A stretch of DNA of 64,000 nucleotides from Yuukianura sp. NJ FZ-2021 (GCA_046563655.1 CM102289.1:6882001-6946000), one strand, 5' to 3'. Counted from the stretch's first letter, positions 37,958 through 51,879 are shown. The notes: a model not told the origin generated them from the letters alone. Numbers and translations: made by a program.

Positions 37958-39941
37958 CTACTTGTTCCGCTTGTAAATCGTGTTGAGGAGGTAGAAGAAC
38001 GGCTTTTGTGGAATATCCGCTCGCAAATTTTTGATCATATTGACAATGTTTCGGTGCACATTGATTTCTTCTTCTTCGCAGTGGGCTTTGACGTTGAGCT
38101 CATCGTACAGACGCTTCACTTCAGCCTCGTCCATGTCATTCTTGTGACCATAGCATTTCTATTTAAAAATGGAAATTAAGTTTAGTCTATAATTATATTT
38201 TGACTAATCATAACTTGACGGTGAGTGAACTAAGCTTAAGGTTTTTCTTATGATTAACCATAGTTTGAACTTACTTCGAGCAATCGTCGTTCCTCTTCTG
38301 AAGCAAGTTCCAGAGCTTTGACAATGAGCCAACTGCACTTTCCGTCAATAATGTCCGTACCAATTTTTCCCGTTACTTTGGGGTTACCAAAACAGTCCAA
38401 AAAGTCATCTTGGACTTGAAATAAATAGCCAAGGGCGAGGACCAATTTTTCCACAGCTTTAAAAACTGCCTCATCTTCAATTCCAGCCTGAGAAATGAAA
38501 AAAAAAATGAAATTTTGAAAAAAAAAACAGTTTATGAGATGTTTTGGGGATTGGCAATTTCGGTCCGTTTGGCAGAGACTGCCTTACCAAAATCATGGAA
38601 CAAGAAACTGGGGAGTAGAAAGTGTAGTAAGAGGTTTTGTACTTGACAAGAACTTCGTAGTTCTTCTGCGTAAAGCTACAATTTAAGAAAAAAAAAATTA
38701 ATGAAAATTAAATTTTATTGGTATTTAGTTTTAAAAAATGTATTTTGAAAAAAAAAATCATACTCATTCATATCTCGTTTGAGTGAGAATCGAGAGTCTA
38801 AACTTTGCCCAAAGATCGTTCTGAGACCGGTTCTCTGCATTTCCTTCACGAGGCGACTGTACTGAGGGTCACTTCCGAGGTATTTGTTCAAAATGTAGTA
38901 CGCAAAGTTCTCCAACATAAATGCATCTGAAAAAATAAAGCAAAAAATACATTATAACTGCAAAAAGAAAAAAAAACTTGATGAAAAATGCAATAAACTA
39001 CTTGGGAACTGCAAAAAATTGCATGAGAATTGCAAAAAACTGCAAAGGGTTCATGAGAAATCGCGTATCATTAGCAACTTTTTCTTGTTCAGAAAAAAGT
39101 TAACCGTTATTCGCCGGGCTTTAGGGTAGTTTAGTATTTAATTTAATAAGTTCAAGCGTACCATTAACAGCGTTGAGCCCAACTTCCGTCAGTGTATGCC
39201 AACACGGTTTCCCACGCCTTGTCTCAGAACCATCCATTATATCATCAGCAATTAGAGCGCATGCTTGCATCTAAACAATCAATCACCAATCTTAATCATG
39301 CAACAGGAACAACAGACATAGGTGAGCAACCACTTTTTTATACTTGGAGCAATAAGTGGTCAAAAGTGGTTGAAGAAAACAATGGGTGAATGACCTCTCT
39401 TGGTGCATGAGAAGTCCAAAACCATTAGCTAAGAAAGTGAAACTCACAATTTCTGCACACCATCCCAAAACGTATGACTTGAAATCATCTTCGGCCGTAC
39501 GTTTCTTTTTTACTTGACGGTAGACATGAATTCCTAGCATTGCCCTGTAATTAAACAAATCATTCAAGAAAGCATTTAGTTTTCAGAAATTTTAGGCAAA
39601 AGTCTTCAGTCTCAAAAGTCTAAAAAATTTAATTGTGGGAGTACCAAAGTAGCGCGTCCATGAAAATTTAAGAGGGACAACTTTTTTTGAAAAACAGAAA
39701 AGCAAACAATTTTTTGAAGAGAAAGTAGGACATGTTTGACGCATTTTGAAAAATACCGGATACCGTACCTGATTTGTTTGCCAAACGGTACCGTTTTCTG
39801 CAGTACTTCTTGCAACCAAGTTAGACTGGGCTTGATGTCTTGGTAATCTGGATCAGCCATTGCGTCCGCCACAATTTTTGTCCAAGCATTGTCAAATCCT
39901 TTTCTCACGGCCAGATTGAGTACTTTCTCATGGAACTTCAT
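37958..39941 (-). CDS. Farnesyl diphosphate synthase-like trans-isoprenyl diphosphate synthase
   Basis: [39 protein letters not shown] (FARM), [49 protein letters not shown] (SARM), C-terminal IYKRNK* with TAG at 37958-37960. Confidence 0.92.
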
Positions 39942-39949
39942 GATGTCGC

Positions 39950-39962
39950 TGACCTTTGACCT
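39950..39962 (-). promoter_or_regulatory. Perfect DR1 nuclear-receptor element AGGTCAAAGGTCA just upstream of the FPPS-like ATG
   Basis: Exact match. Identical copies occur at 25404-25416, 50289-50301 and 62631-62643. Confidence 0.55.
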
Positions 39963-41556
39963 TACTGCACTGTCTTCTTAATAAATTAATGCTGTCAGCA
40001 CTCTTGGGACCAGTTGACCGTCCACCCGTCCTCCCTGGTGTCGGATCTTTGAGCAAGTGGAATATCTTAAGGAATACGAAGATTCAATTGTCTTGGTGGT
40101 CAGACAGCCTCAGGATTCAACTAAAATCTTTTTCTTCCCCTTTCAATCATCCAAACAGGTTTCGTTCCTGCCAATTGACAAGATCCCCAACAAAATGGGT
40201 GTTTGCAGAACCCAACAAACGAATAAGCTTACAATACGATGCTGATGCTGCAGAGTCCTTTCATCCCTGGTTCAAACCTAGCAAGTGACCTAGTCTTCGG
40301 GTAGTGTTAAAAGAAGGGAGGCTCTTTCAGATTCTTCTGGGGCTGCAGAAGATCAAGGTAAAGATTTAAATTGTCGAATGGTTTGAATCAAACCCCCGCG
40401 CCCTGTTTGCTTTTCGCTTTACGTGCATGTTACTACAGGATAAGTCCATTTACCTCTGATTTCAATTCTATTGCATGATTTTTGTAAGAAAGTAAAAAAT
40501 TTTTAGTAAAGGTGGTTGGTTGGTTAAGAAAATTAGCCAAATGGAACGAGAAAGTCAAGTCAGATTTCAAAATACAACTCTAGACAATAATAATTGCACA
40601 AAAAATATAGGAAAGGAGGGCGTTTGACCTTTGACGTTGTCCAAAACTGACCTAAAAGTTCATTTGCCCGCGTAATTGAAGTGTTCAGACAAAAACAAGA
40701 CGCTGGTAACAACCTAACCTCAAAACCTAAGCGTCGATGTCACATAATGTAAAAAAAAATATTATGATGTTAGTGTCAATTCATATTTCGTGCATGTCTT
40801 GTTACTATAAACAATGAACAATGATGAAGTTCAGGCTTACTGAAATGTCCATAATGAGCTTAAAGCCTACTTACCATCAGATTTGTGAGGTAATTCTTTT
40901 ACATAAGCATGGTAATCCCCCCAAAGCCAGCGATGTTGACGATTAATTTGAATTGCTAAAATCATCAATGAGAGCATCACAAGAATTGAATTGGCCAATT
41001 GACACTTAATCATTCCATAACCTTTGGAATGGAATTGAAATTTTGGTGTTGTTCGTTTTTTGTCCTTGAAAGTGGAAAATAAAAGTTGGTCATAAAACAA
41101 ATGAAAAAATTTCCGTCTTTTTTGTGAAGGTTAGTTGATTGGAAATTCGGAAATTACGTCTTTCCTTAAAAAGTTTTACGTCTATTTTTACTTTGCAAAT
41201 TACATGCTTTAAAAGACAAATCAAAAACTGAATACTCATTTGTGTCTATAAGCTCTTTTACACCTTTGTATTAGGATTTTTGGTATTTCCAACTCCCTAA
41301 GCACGTAAGCTCTAAAACCCAGAATTTTTAAATGAAAAGAGTAAAAAAGTTGAAGGTTGAAGTCATTGGTAGAAAAAAAAATGGCGCGTAATTAATCCGA
41401 CTAATAACGCCAAGTATTTCAATAAAATTTGTGTTCATTTCTTAAAATCATAGATTTTAACAAATTCCAAAAAAAAAAAGTATTACTAAAATGTAAATGA
41501 GGAACGACTGCATTCTGAATTGATAATTTATCACCCCGAAACAAAAATTTTGTGTT

Positions 41557-43117
41557 TTAGACGTTGTTTTCTTTCAATTGATTCATTTGTAAGTTGTAGG
41601 CAATTATTGAGCGAGCTAGTGCTGTAACATTCCCGACACCAAATCCACGAGCGCCTTTTCGTTGAATTACTTCAAAGAAAAACGTATCCTTGTCAAAAAT
41701 CGGATGAGTAAAGATCTGCATCAGGTAACTAATAAAAAAAATATTCTATTCAAAAAATGAATCGAATTTGAAATGTTAGTTTTCAAAAATTCCCACCGTT
41801 CATTATGATTCTCATCCTCTTCGGTATCAAAAGTGTCAGCTTCATTGTCCAGCAGAATACCGCACTTCCTCAAAAGTTCAACATCCTCTCCCACTGACTT
41901 TATCACTTCAAGTTGACCAACCTATAAGAATATTCGCATTAATTAATAATCGTACAATTAACCCCAAAACTACTGGAATGATTACCTCACTGTAGTAAGT
42001 TGGAGGAGGTTGACGGAACAAAACGCCATTGCTGCGCATGCGCTCAACAGTTTTTACCATGTTTGAGGTATGAAGTCCAACGTGCTGTAAACCCGGACCA
42101 TTGTGGTCATGGATAAATCCTTCAATTTGTACATTTTCTAAAAAAAATACATAGATTATAGATTTTCGTGATTAGTTTGTCCATAAAAATTGAAGTTGAG
42201 GTAAACGTACTTATGTTCGGTAATGATTCGGCAACGACAAGCTTAAAAATCCTGTTCTCATCATTGTCAGGACTGGAGGACAAGCCAGTTTCGGAACACT
42301 TCCAGAATTCCATGGCTTTTAGTCGCAGTCCGGCGTCTCCGTCTATCACAAGTCCGTTCTCAAGGTCATCGTTTCTGAAACCAAAATTAATTTTTAAAAA
42401 TTTTCTAAAACTTTTGAAAATAAGTTCAATTTATTTAGAAATAACTCCTATTTTCTTGGCTTGCTAAGCATGTCCTTACCTGTTTGTCAGAAATCTCTTC
42501 ATGCCAAATGCTTTTTCGTACCATTCCAGGATTCCCGCACTTTCTCCCACTCTACACGCCACAGCGACATGATCTAAATGTGTGGTTGCATCATCATCCT
42601 CTGTTTCTGGAATGGAATTTAACCTCGTGAATCCAGGAATGAACCAGTCATCCCAACCTTTCTTCTCTATCAGCGTATGAACCATGTTGCCGCAAATGGA
42701 CGTAACAATGGCGTAGCGGAGTCCATCAATTTCCACAGGTTTCTGGACGACACGATGCTGCACTGAAGAAAGTCTGTCCATGGCTTCAGCCAAATTCTCT
42801 ACGCATAGAGCGACGTTGAATACTGAATCAATGTGCTGAGTGGATTTATGCAATTCTCCAGGCGCATGATCGCAGCAGAATGTAGTCCACGGTTCTCCAT
42901 GAATGAATTCGTTGTTGGATTCGTCATTTGCTTGAAAATCAATAATTTTTCTATAGGTGACGATGAATACTGTTTTACCACTTTGAAGAACAGTTTGCGA
43001 GCACTTCGGCGTTTCACGGTAACCGACCCTTTGAAACCGGAACTGATCTTCCAGCAATTTGACAATTTTTCCAGGAAGTCTTGTACACATTTCAATGTGA
43101 TTCAATTGGAGCTTCAT
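41557..43117 (-). CDS. HPDL: 4-hydroxyphenylpyruvate dioxygenase-like protein
   Basis: DSVFNVALCV, HLDHVAVACRVGES, GLRLKAMEFWKC, KLVVAESLP, GPGLQHVGL, PPPTYY, QIFTHPIFDKDTFFFEVIQRKGARGFGVGN. These segments resemble HPDL more than HPD. The start may lie in an upstream exon. Confidence 0.85.
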
Positions 43118-44388
43118 CTTGGCGTCCACTAAGGTTAGTTTCGACAGAGAATCTGAAAATGCGAAACTTCTGTATTAATTTGGTTTTATTCCTACGTTTA
43201 CTGTTTATATAGTACCTGGAGTATCCCGATTTGATTACCAGTCACAAGTCGCAATTAACTCTAATTCAGCAAATTATAACTTGTTCTTGGGAAAAGTTTC
43301 CTGTATAGGTACCAATTCCAACAAGCTGAAACAGGAACACGTCATTTTATTAACGTAATTCCTCAACTCTTCTTTTTTTTTAATGAAACCTAACCTAGTA
43401 TAATATAAACTATCAAGGGTAAAAGGTCAAATCAATTAAGATTGCCTTTGAGATTTATGCTGCTTTGTGCGTCAATCCCAACCCAGCAAAATCTCGGGTT
43501 GTATGGGTAAACAAAAATGAAAGTGAAATCGTTAAAGAAGTTAATATATTTTAGTTCTCTTGCATTTGTTTTGTAGTAATCTGTAGGTTTAAGCATTTGA
43601 TTCTTTGTTCCTTAACACTGTCATGTGCCCCAAACTCAGCCATACCTAGTTTCCCGCCACGAAATTTTAATTTGAGGCAAACGGTTAGGAGCGTAAGCCA
43701 ATGACCTTGCGGTGAAAAATCTATTTTACAGATGCTGACTGACACATGTCAACGTCTATAGACTACAAAACTGTAGTTTGCGAGTAGTCTAAAGTACATA
43801 GGTAACCTGATTGGCAGATTAATGATGTCAGATTCAGAATCGACAGCAGAAGTTTATTTTTTAAAATACATAACAACTCTTGTTGATTTGAATGGGAAAC
43901 GGATGCACGATCTCTTTTTATGTGTAGAAATGATGATGATTTCGACTCGAGTTAAAATGAAGTGGCGGGAAGCGGAAGTGGAGATTGAGGAACACAGTGA
44001 CAGTACAGGTAGCATTAGATTGACGAAAGTTTAGTTTAATACACACAGCCATTAATTAAAAAACAGAAAGTAATTAAAACTTGACAACGTTACCGTCACT
44101 TCTCACTGTCACTTCTCTGGAATTTCTACTTGAAAGGTAATCATTCGCTATTGAAAAGAAGCACTTATAGTGTGTAATTAAAGTTAATAACTTACTTGAC
44201 TAGCAGTGATGCTGATGATGAATTTTTGTTGACAGAGCCGAATCCTATCAAATACGAGACGTGGAATAGGATTAAACAAGAGCCAGAAAGTGAAAGAAGT
44301 GACTAGACTACTACAAGAAGGAGATTCTGGGAAGATTGTGGCCTCGTTTTTAACCGGAACAACAGACTTTGGTCTTTTCTATTTTTAG

Positions 44389-45671
44389 CCTGATGTACAT
44401 TGTAGAGAAAACGGCAAAGGCAATAGAAGTTCAAGAAACTTATGGCGGACGCAACCAAATCTATACCGGCATGGACACTGGTAATCGATACTTGAATGAT
44501 ACACATGACGCTAACATTATTCGAGTGAGAGGGAGACTAGTAAGGTCATTTAGCAAGGTTAAACAGTGTATACATTGAAGATGAAGATGATAACTGCTAT
44601 GGATGTTTGTTTAAATAGTGGACAATTTTTGACACGAAGGAGGGCTACGGTGTGCACCCGCAACCGGAAGACGTTTTGAGACGTCGGAAGCTGTGGGAAT
44701 ATTTGCAAGAGGTGATACCCTCGGTTCCAGGAGATGTCACGAAGGAGTCAGGAGTTCCGGCAAAATTATATGTGGTATTATCAAAATACCGGATCATAAT
44801 TATAGCCATTGGCAAGGCTAAATACTTTTCTTTATGTCACTAGGTAACATTGAAGCGGAAAATCCAAACTTACCCATTCCTTCGCTTCGAAACGAACTTA
44901 ACAGATTTCACATGTATGACGTTTAGCTCCAGCAAAAAGACTTGGTACTTGGATGTACCCGCAGATCTTGGCAATTTTTTAAAGCCCGTTCTTGTTCCCG
45001 ATGAACAGTTTGTTATTCTTGGTGGAGGTCTAGACGTTGATACTAAGACTTTGCGATTGCGTCGATCGCTTCATCGTGACGATAACTTTGAAGATGTGAC
45101 AATTTTTCACTTTGTTATTAACGTAAGGACTTTATTTACTCACTTACATCATGAAATTCAAAATTGAAACAATTACAATTACATTAATCTCTTTTCATTG
45201 TATTTTTAGGCCAATGGGAAACCAGAAAGTACTGAGAGACCTTATGGTCAGCCTATTGATAGAATACGATACACCTCCTTCTGTTATGACGCCAACCCCG
45301 CTTGTCTAAAAGTGATTCCTCGGATCTCGAGCTCGACACAAGAAAACGGGAAATCAGATTCAAGCAATTCCGAATCCAGTGTAACTCACTCCGTGCAACA
45401 ACGTGCGTCAACGCCTCCAATTCCAAATGGAAGATCTGCCACGACGAGTAGTAGTTCTGGGTCGTACAAGACTGCAAGTCCAAACCTAAGTCAAACTTGG
45501 CTCCATGATGATGCTGGTGATGAGCTTTTGGGGTCAGTGAGCTCTCAACATGCAATTTTTGGCAGCACTATTCGTAGTCTTCCGACGCTTAAAGGTTCCA
45601 CCTCCGGTGATTCCGTTCATGGAAAACCTGTTAGATACTTCGAAATCATAAATATCTCGGATTCTGACTAA
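44389..45671 (+). CDS. Uncharacterised multi-exon protein with Ser-rich C-terminus
   Basis: Consecutive ORFs joined in frame by GT-AG introns, e.g. ...IRVRGRL/WTIFDTKEGYGVHP..., ...HFVIN/ANGKPESTERPY/VIPRISS.... The 5' end probably extends towards 43822 but was not resolved. Confidence 0.5.
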
Positions 45672-46270
45672 AAATTAGTTTAAGCATAGATTTGATACAT
45701 TTTTTTAAAAGTATTTGTAAAGAATTGTAAGTTACGATTCGTAACGTGAAACAACAATAAGTCTAAGACGGCGTCTTCTCTTGGATGACGATTCACGTGA
45801 TATTTAGCATAAGATTTAATTTCAAATTAATATTAATCTTTCCCACCTAAGCTTGTCAGATATTCACAGCCAAGGACATTCATGTCTACATTTAATTAAA
45901 TTTGATTAAATTTGCATTATTTTTTGGATAATCTTTTGAATATTTCGACTGGATCTTCCAGTTTTTTTGTGACCTTGGTGACTTGAAGTACACATGTACA
46001 CGAAACATTCCAGACAGCAAAAGAGTCATAAATTAAAAACCTGTTCCATCATATTCTGTACTTTTGGTTTGCATGTTAAAGATCGTATGCATTTTACCTT
46101 AGAGCATTGAAAAACTATTAGTTTGTTTTATTCCCTGCAGTTCTAGTTAACACTACAAAAGCATCCTGTTCTGGACGTTTCGGCTTCAGTTTCCTTTTGA
46201 CTGTCTTTAGGAGAATAACAACCAAGGTCATTTGTGGTCAGTGCCAAGTTGTCAACTCACGCAAAACACA

Positions 46271-48840
46271 ATGGGGATTGATCGTAACCCAGAAATCAAG
46301 TACACAAAGGTGAGATTTTGAATTTTCAGTTTTTTCAACTTAAAATGACGTGAATTGAAACGTATTTTTAACGTTTTCCAGCTCTTCATTAACAATGAGT
46401 GGGTCGATGCTGTCAGTGGAAAGACTTTTCCTACCCTGAACCCGTGTACTGGAGCCAAACTTGTTGATGTCGCCGAAGGTGACAAGGTACAAAATTATGA
46501 CCTTGAAATTCAGAATGTTTGATTTTAGTACGCCAAATTCACATTCTCGTCTTAGGCTGACATTGATGCTGCCGTTGCCGCTGCTAGAAAAGCATTCCAT
46601 CCCTCAAGTCCATGGAGAACGATGGACGCTTCTGCTAGAGGCCATTTAATCAACAAGGTCAGAAAGCCGTGACCTCAAAACAAAATTTTAGTCCAAAAAC
46701 TTTTGTTTTGCTATTGTTTCTTCTTTTTTTGCTTTGATGTGAATTCCGGTTTTAATTTGTCCTTGAAATTTCAGTTTGCTGATTTATTGGAGCGTGATTT
46801 GAATTACTTATCTTCCCTGGAGACACTGGACAACGGAAAGCCCTGGAATGACTCAATGATGACAATTGTCTTGTCCATTAGAAACATCCGCTATTTCGTA
46901 ATGACTAAAACTTCTAACTGCACGATAACCCCATTGACCCTGCCATGTTATTCTCATGTTATTTTCCTTATCATACAGGCTGGCTGGGCAGACAAAATTC
47001 ATGGAGATACAATTCCAGTCGGTAATAGCAAACAAATTGAATAATTAACATAATAGTTTACATGAGCAGTCGGGAATTAGACTGCGAATGTCATATAATG
47101 GTAATTTAACCCTTGACAATGCGCATGCGCTTACTGAAATTGCATTGATTCTTTACATTAGATGGACCTTTCATGACCTTCACTCGGAAAGAACCGGTAG
47201 GAGTAGTAGGTGGAATCATCGCATGGAACTTTCCAGTATTGTTGGCAGCATGGAAGTTGGGTGAGTTTGCTAATTAATTGTTTTTCACTGAAGAAAAACA
47301 ATTTTTTTCTAATTTATGTTGGCATGTTTTAGGACCGGCTCTGGCCACTGGTTGTACCATCGTTTTGAAACCGGCTGAACAAACACCGCTGACTGCTCTG
47401 TACATGGCCAGCTTGGCCAAAGAAGCTGGATTTCCACCAGGAGTCATCAACGTTGTACCAGGTTTACATTTCTTCACAACCAAAATGTTTTTTAATGCTG
47501 AAATTCTGAAATTCACAACAATTTTGAAAATTTGACATTTTCAGGATATGGTCCAACTGCTGGAGCATCGTTGACAGCTCACAAAGACGTGGACAAAATT
47601 GCATTTACTGGCTCAACTGAAGTAGGGCGCCTCGTTTTCCAGGAAGCTGCTGTCAGTAATTTGAAGCGAGTCACGTTGGAACTTGGTGGAAAGAGTCCAA
47701 TCATTATTTGTGCAGATGCTGATGGTAATTTAAGTTTGACGGAAAGTATTCTATAAAAAAGTACTAAAAACTGTTTTTGATTATGTCAATAGTGGAGGAG
47801 GCTGCAAACATTGCACACCATGCTCTGTTCATCAACCAAGGTCAATGCTGCTGTGCCGGCAGTCGAACTTACGTTGAAGCTCCAATTTACGACAAGTTTA
47901 TTGAGAAGGCCAAGGAACTTGCAGTGAAACGAACTGTCGGAGATCCATATCTTCTGGAAACTGCTCAAGGACCACAAGTTAGTCCTAAAACCGGCCAATA
48001 TGATACACAAACAACAAGGCTATAAAAATTAAGTGGTTTAATTAATGATATATTTTAATCACAGATTGATCAAGATCAATTAGACAAGATCAAAGAATTG
48101 GTTGCATCAGGTCAGAAAGAAGGAGCCAAACTCGTTTGCGGTGGATCCCAAATCGGAACTGCTGGATACTACTTCCAGCCAACAGTTTTTGCTGATGTTG
48201 AAGACAACATGCGCATTGCCACGGAGGAAATTTTTGGACCAGTTCAACAAATTCTGAAATTCAATTCTCTGGATGAAGTTATCGAACGTGCAAATGCAAC
48301 TCGATATGGCCTTGCAGCAGGAATCGTCACCAAGGACCTCAATAAGGCTTTGAAATTCATTACAAAAGTGGAAGGTAAACATTATGTACTAAACAATTTT
48401 TTCAAGAAAAACAAAGTTTTTCTAAAATGCTGAAGTTAACAATTGCGGTTTTTCTTGAAGCCGGAACTGTCTGGGTGAACACATTCAATGCCTTTACGTC
48501 ACAGAGTCCCTTCGGAGGCTACAAAGAATCTGGACAAGGAAGAGAATTGTAAGTGATTAACATAGTGCGCAAATGCACATAAAATTGTAGAAACTTCTGC
48601 AGGTTTTGAAAACGTGATGGAATTCCCATGAATTGAATTTGCTTAGTTTTTGGTCCAAACGTGTTCATAATTTCACCTGTTGCTCAAAACCTCTTCAGTT
48701 TTTAGACAATCGCCACTTCATTTTTGACTGATAAATTTTTTAAACGAAATCCTATTTTTTTTAAATCTCGAAACAGGGGACAAGAAGCTCTGCATGAATA
48801 CTTGGAGACCAAAACTGTTACGATTGGACTACCACACTAA
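46271..48840 (+). CDS. Aldehyde dehydrogenase, ALDH1/2 family (apparently cytosolic)
   Basis: [88 protein letters not shown]. No N-terminal transit peptide evident. Confidence 0.96.
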
Positions 48841-49512
48841 AATCCTGTCAGTTTCAGTTGAACATCGTATGAATCAAGTTCAACAGCTTTATTATACACA
48901 AAAAAGTCTAAAAATTTAATTCGTAATTAACGTAATTAGTATGTTAGTTACTTATAGAAGTTAGTTTTTTTTTCGATTTTTTTTTTCCTTCCAGTGTCTC
49001 TTATCAAACAGTTTTTCAATTCGTATGATCAACAGAATCCAAAAATTCCATGTGTAGTAAAAAGAAAAGTTTGTCTCTAGCTAGCATTGCGTAATTTTTT
49101 ATTTACTTCGAGGTTTAAATTTTATCTCGACTTTTAAATGTAATAACGTATTAACTTATTTCGTCATTATGATTACGAAAGAACAAAGAAATCGATTCAT
49201 GTTGCAGTAGGCGTCGCTCTCTCGTAAAAACGAGTTTTAGTTTTCAAAGAACTTTCTGAAGTCAGCGGCATTAAGAATCAAGTTTTTGTTAAGTTTAATA
49301 CGAGAGTGTGGAATTCATATTTCTTATGCTACTTAAAACAGTGACTCTTGAGTAGTATTTAGAAGTGGGAGATTATACTGTCGAGTTGTAATTTTATCTT
49401 GGGAATTTTGTTCTTGTGATGGTTTGACCGTGGTTGATTCACTTTAGTTCAAGTTCAGTGTCATTGAAGAGTGGTGGTGTTATAATTTTTGATGAAGGTA
49501 AACTTTTTAAAA

Positions 49513-51879
49513 ATGGTTGAGCAAAAAACGACGTTTTCAGACACTGCCAACGGCAATGGTCATCCAAGTGTGAAATACGTCAAAGGAAAAAACGGGTTTG
49601 CAAATGCATCAAAATCCACAACGTTAAAGAACCAGGTAAATTTTCGATTAAATTAAGGACATTTGTTGCATGCGTTTTAAACAAAATTGCTTGGTGTTGC
49701 CAAATTTTGAAATTTTGATTTAAGAAATTCTTTTGTTCTCTATTTTTTGTAGGGTGAAATGAACGGAAAACCAAAGTCGAAGAAATTGACAGTACCGCCA
49801 AAAATATTTGTGGAGCGGGAATCTTTATTAACTCAAATGTTTAAAATCCAGGAATTTCGCGGGCTTTACAATATCTTCCTCGTCGTATTCCTTAACATAG
49901 TTATCTACGTGGGTATTTCGGAATATCTACGAGATGGAAAGTAAGTGTGCTTGTGTGAAGTTTAGACATTGACGCATGAAATTTCATCTTTCTGTTTTTT
50001 CTTCATGCTTTCGATAGAATTTCCCTGGGTTGGTCGAATTTCGAGCATTGTTTTGGAAAACTGTGGCAAGCGATTATGGTCGTCACCGGTCTTCATTTAA
50101 TTTCTATCTTCAGTTACTTGCCATTTGCACTTTGGCGGCTGGGGCGTTCGAAATTTGTTGGCGCCGACGTGATATTCGTGGTGTACAAATTAACTTTAAT
50201 TTGTGTACTGACGTATGTGCCAATACATATTCACACAACGATTGACTTTCCCATTGCGTCTGCCATTATGGTTGCATTGGAACAGGTCTGACCTTTGACC
50301 TAACTAAAATAATTCATATTACTTCAGAATATAATATGTTTTAAAGTTTTTTGTTGTTGATTGTTATTAGGTGCGACTGATAATGAAACTGTACGCTTTC
50401 TACCGTGTGAACATTTCGCGCGGGGTGAAAGCCGAATCCGGCGGAACTTTCACTCAATTTCTCTACTTTCTCTATGCCCCAACCCTTATATACAGAGATG
50501 CTTACCCACGGTAGGGTAGAATCTTGAAGAAATTTAAAGAAACTTGAAAAGATTTTAAAATATTTTACATCCGATTAAAATGCAACCTAATATTTTACGG
50601 ACTTTTTTAGAACAAAAAATATTCGATGGGACTTTGTGATTCAAAATTTTGTAGAACTATTGGGTTGCGTTTGGTTTTACAACTTACTCCATTCAATATG
50701 TGGCGTCGTTCTTCTGGAAAAATTTGGATTGGAACCAATAAGTCTTTCAAAGTTACTGGACATCATGTTCTTCCAAATGATTCCCGGTGGAGGTTAGTTT
50801 TCATACACTTTCAAATTATTGTTGACCTCGGATGACCTAGCGTCTCATCACTTGTTTGTTACAACTTATCTGCAAGCGAGTGTCAAATTTTAACATACAC
50901 TTGTTTACTTTATTGTTTCAGTTGGGTTTCTGCTAGGATTCTTTGTTATACTTCATACATCGCAAAATATTGCAGCAGAAATTCTTCGGTTTGGTGACAG
51001 GGAGTTTTACAAGGTTAAAAAAACTGAAAATTCCGATGCACACAGACAATTTTCAAAATTTGAATATTTTTTCAGGATTGGTGGAACTCGGAAAGTTTTG
51101 CTGAGTTTTACAGAAACTGGAATCGCCCAGTTCATGGATTCCTTCACACCTACATATACAAAGTTAGGACATATGAACAGATTCTAATATTTCTATGTTG
51201 CATATACTTGCGCAGCATTCACTGGCGCAGCACATACTTCCGTAGTTTGGACACAGTGCGCTTTCGAATTGTTTAACACTGCTTTTGTGTTTCAGGAAAC
51301 GGTGGATCTGGGTTTCCGTTCAAAATTCGTGCCAGCAATTTGCGTCTTTTTGGTATCAGCAGTTGTACATGAATACATTATGGCATTCGTCCTCGGCTTC
51401 TTTTTTCCTGCACTATTTGTCTTCTTCGTTGGCTTCGGAGGTAATGCCCACTTTTCCAATAACAAAGAAATGGATTTTGAAAACATCTTTTTAAAATTTA
51501 AAACTTTCTTTCTTTTAGTCACTCTAAGTTTTTGTCAGCCACCAAAATTTGGCGGGAATCCGTTTATATGGTGGTCTCTAATAACCGGAAACGGCTTACT
51601 TCTGTTTTTATACTCGTTGGAGTACTTTGCTCGTTTGAACAACTGTCCACACGCCTTACATAAGGTTAGTAAGTTCCAAAAATCATGCAATCGGCGGCGT
51701 TTCCCGAATGTTACACCTTTGGGTTTCCTTTTCTGTAAAACAAGAAAATTTCATGGTTCAGTTTTTTTAAAGTCTGTTTTTTGTTTGATTTCCAGGACGA
51801 GCGGAACCCCTTCTGGGACTTTGTTCAACCAAGGAGCCTAGGCTGCTTGATTCAATCTTCAACAACCACTTATTCATAG
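49513..51879 (+). CDS. SOAT1: Sterol O-acyltransferase (ACAT, MBOAT family)
   Basis: KIFVERESLLT, EQVRLIMK, FLYAPTLIYRDAYPR, AEILRFGDREFYKDWWN, YRNWNRPVH, VSAVVHEY (catalytic His), LEYFAR..CP. Confidence 0.93.

Noticed and set aside
38950..39060. Repeated AACTGCAAAAA-like units in an FPPS intron
   Set aside because: Short degenerate low-complexity repeat with no clear termini or TSD.
24953..48840. A complete juvenile hormone biosynthesis cluster
   Set aside because: No JH acid methyltransferase, phosphatase or farnesol dehydrogenase is present. The P450 cannot be assigned to CYP15A1 by eye, and the FPPS-like enzyme probably does not stop at C15.
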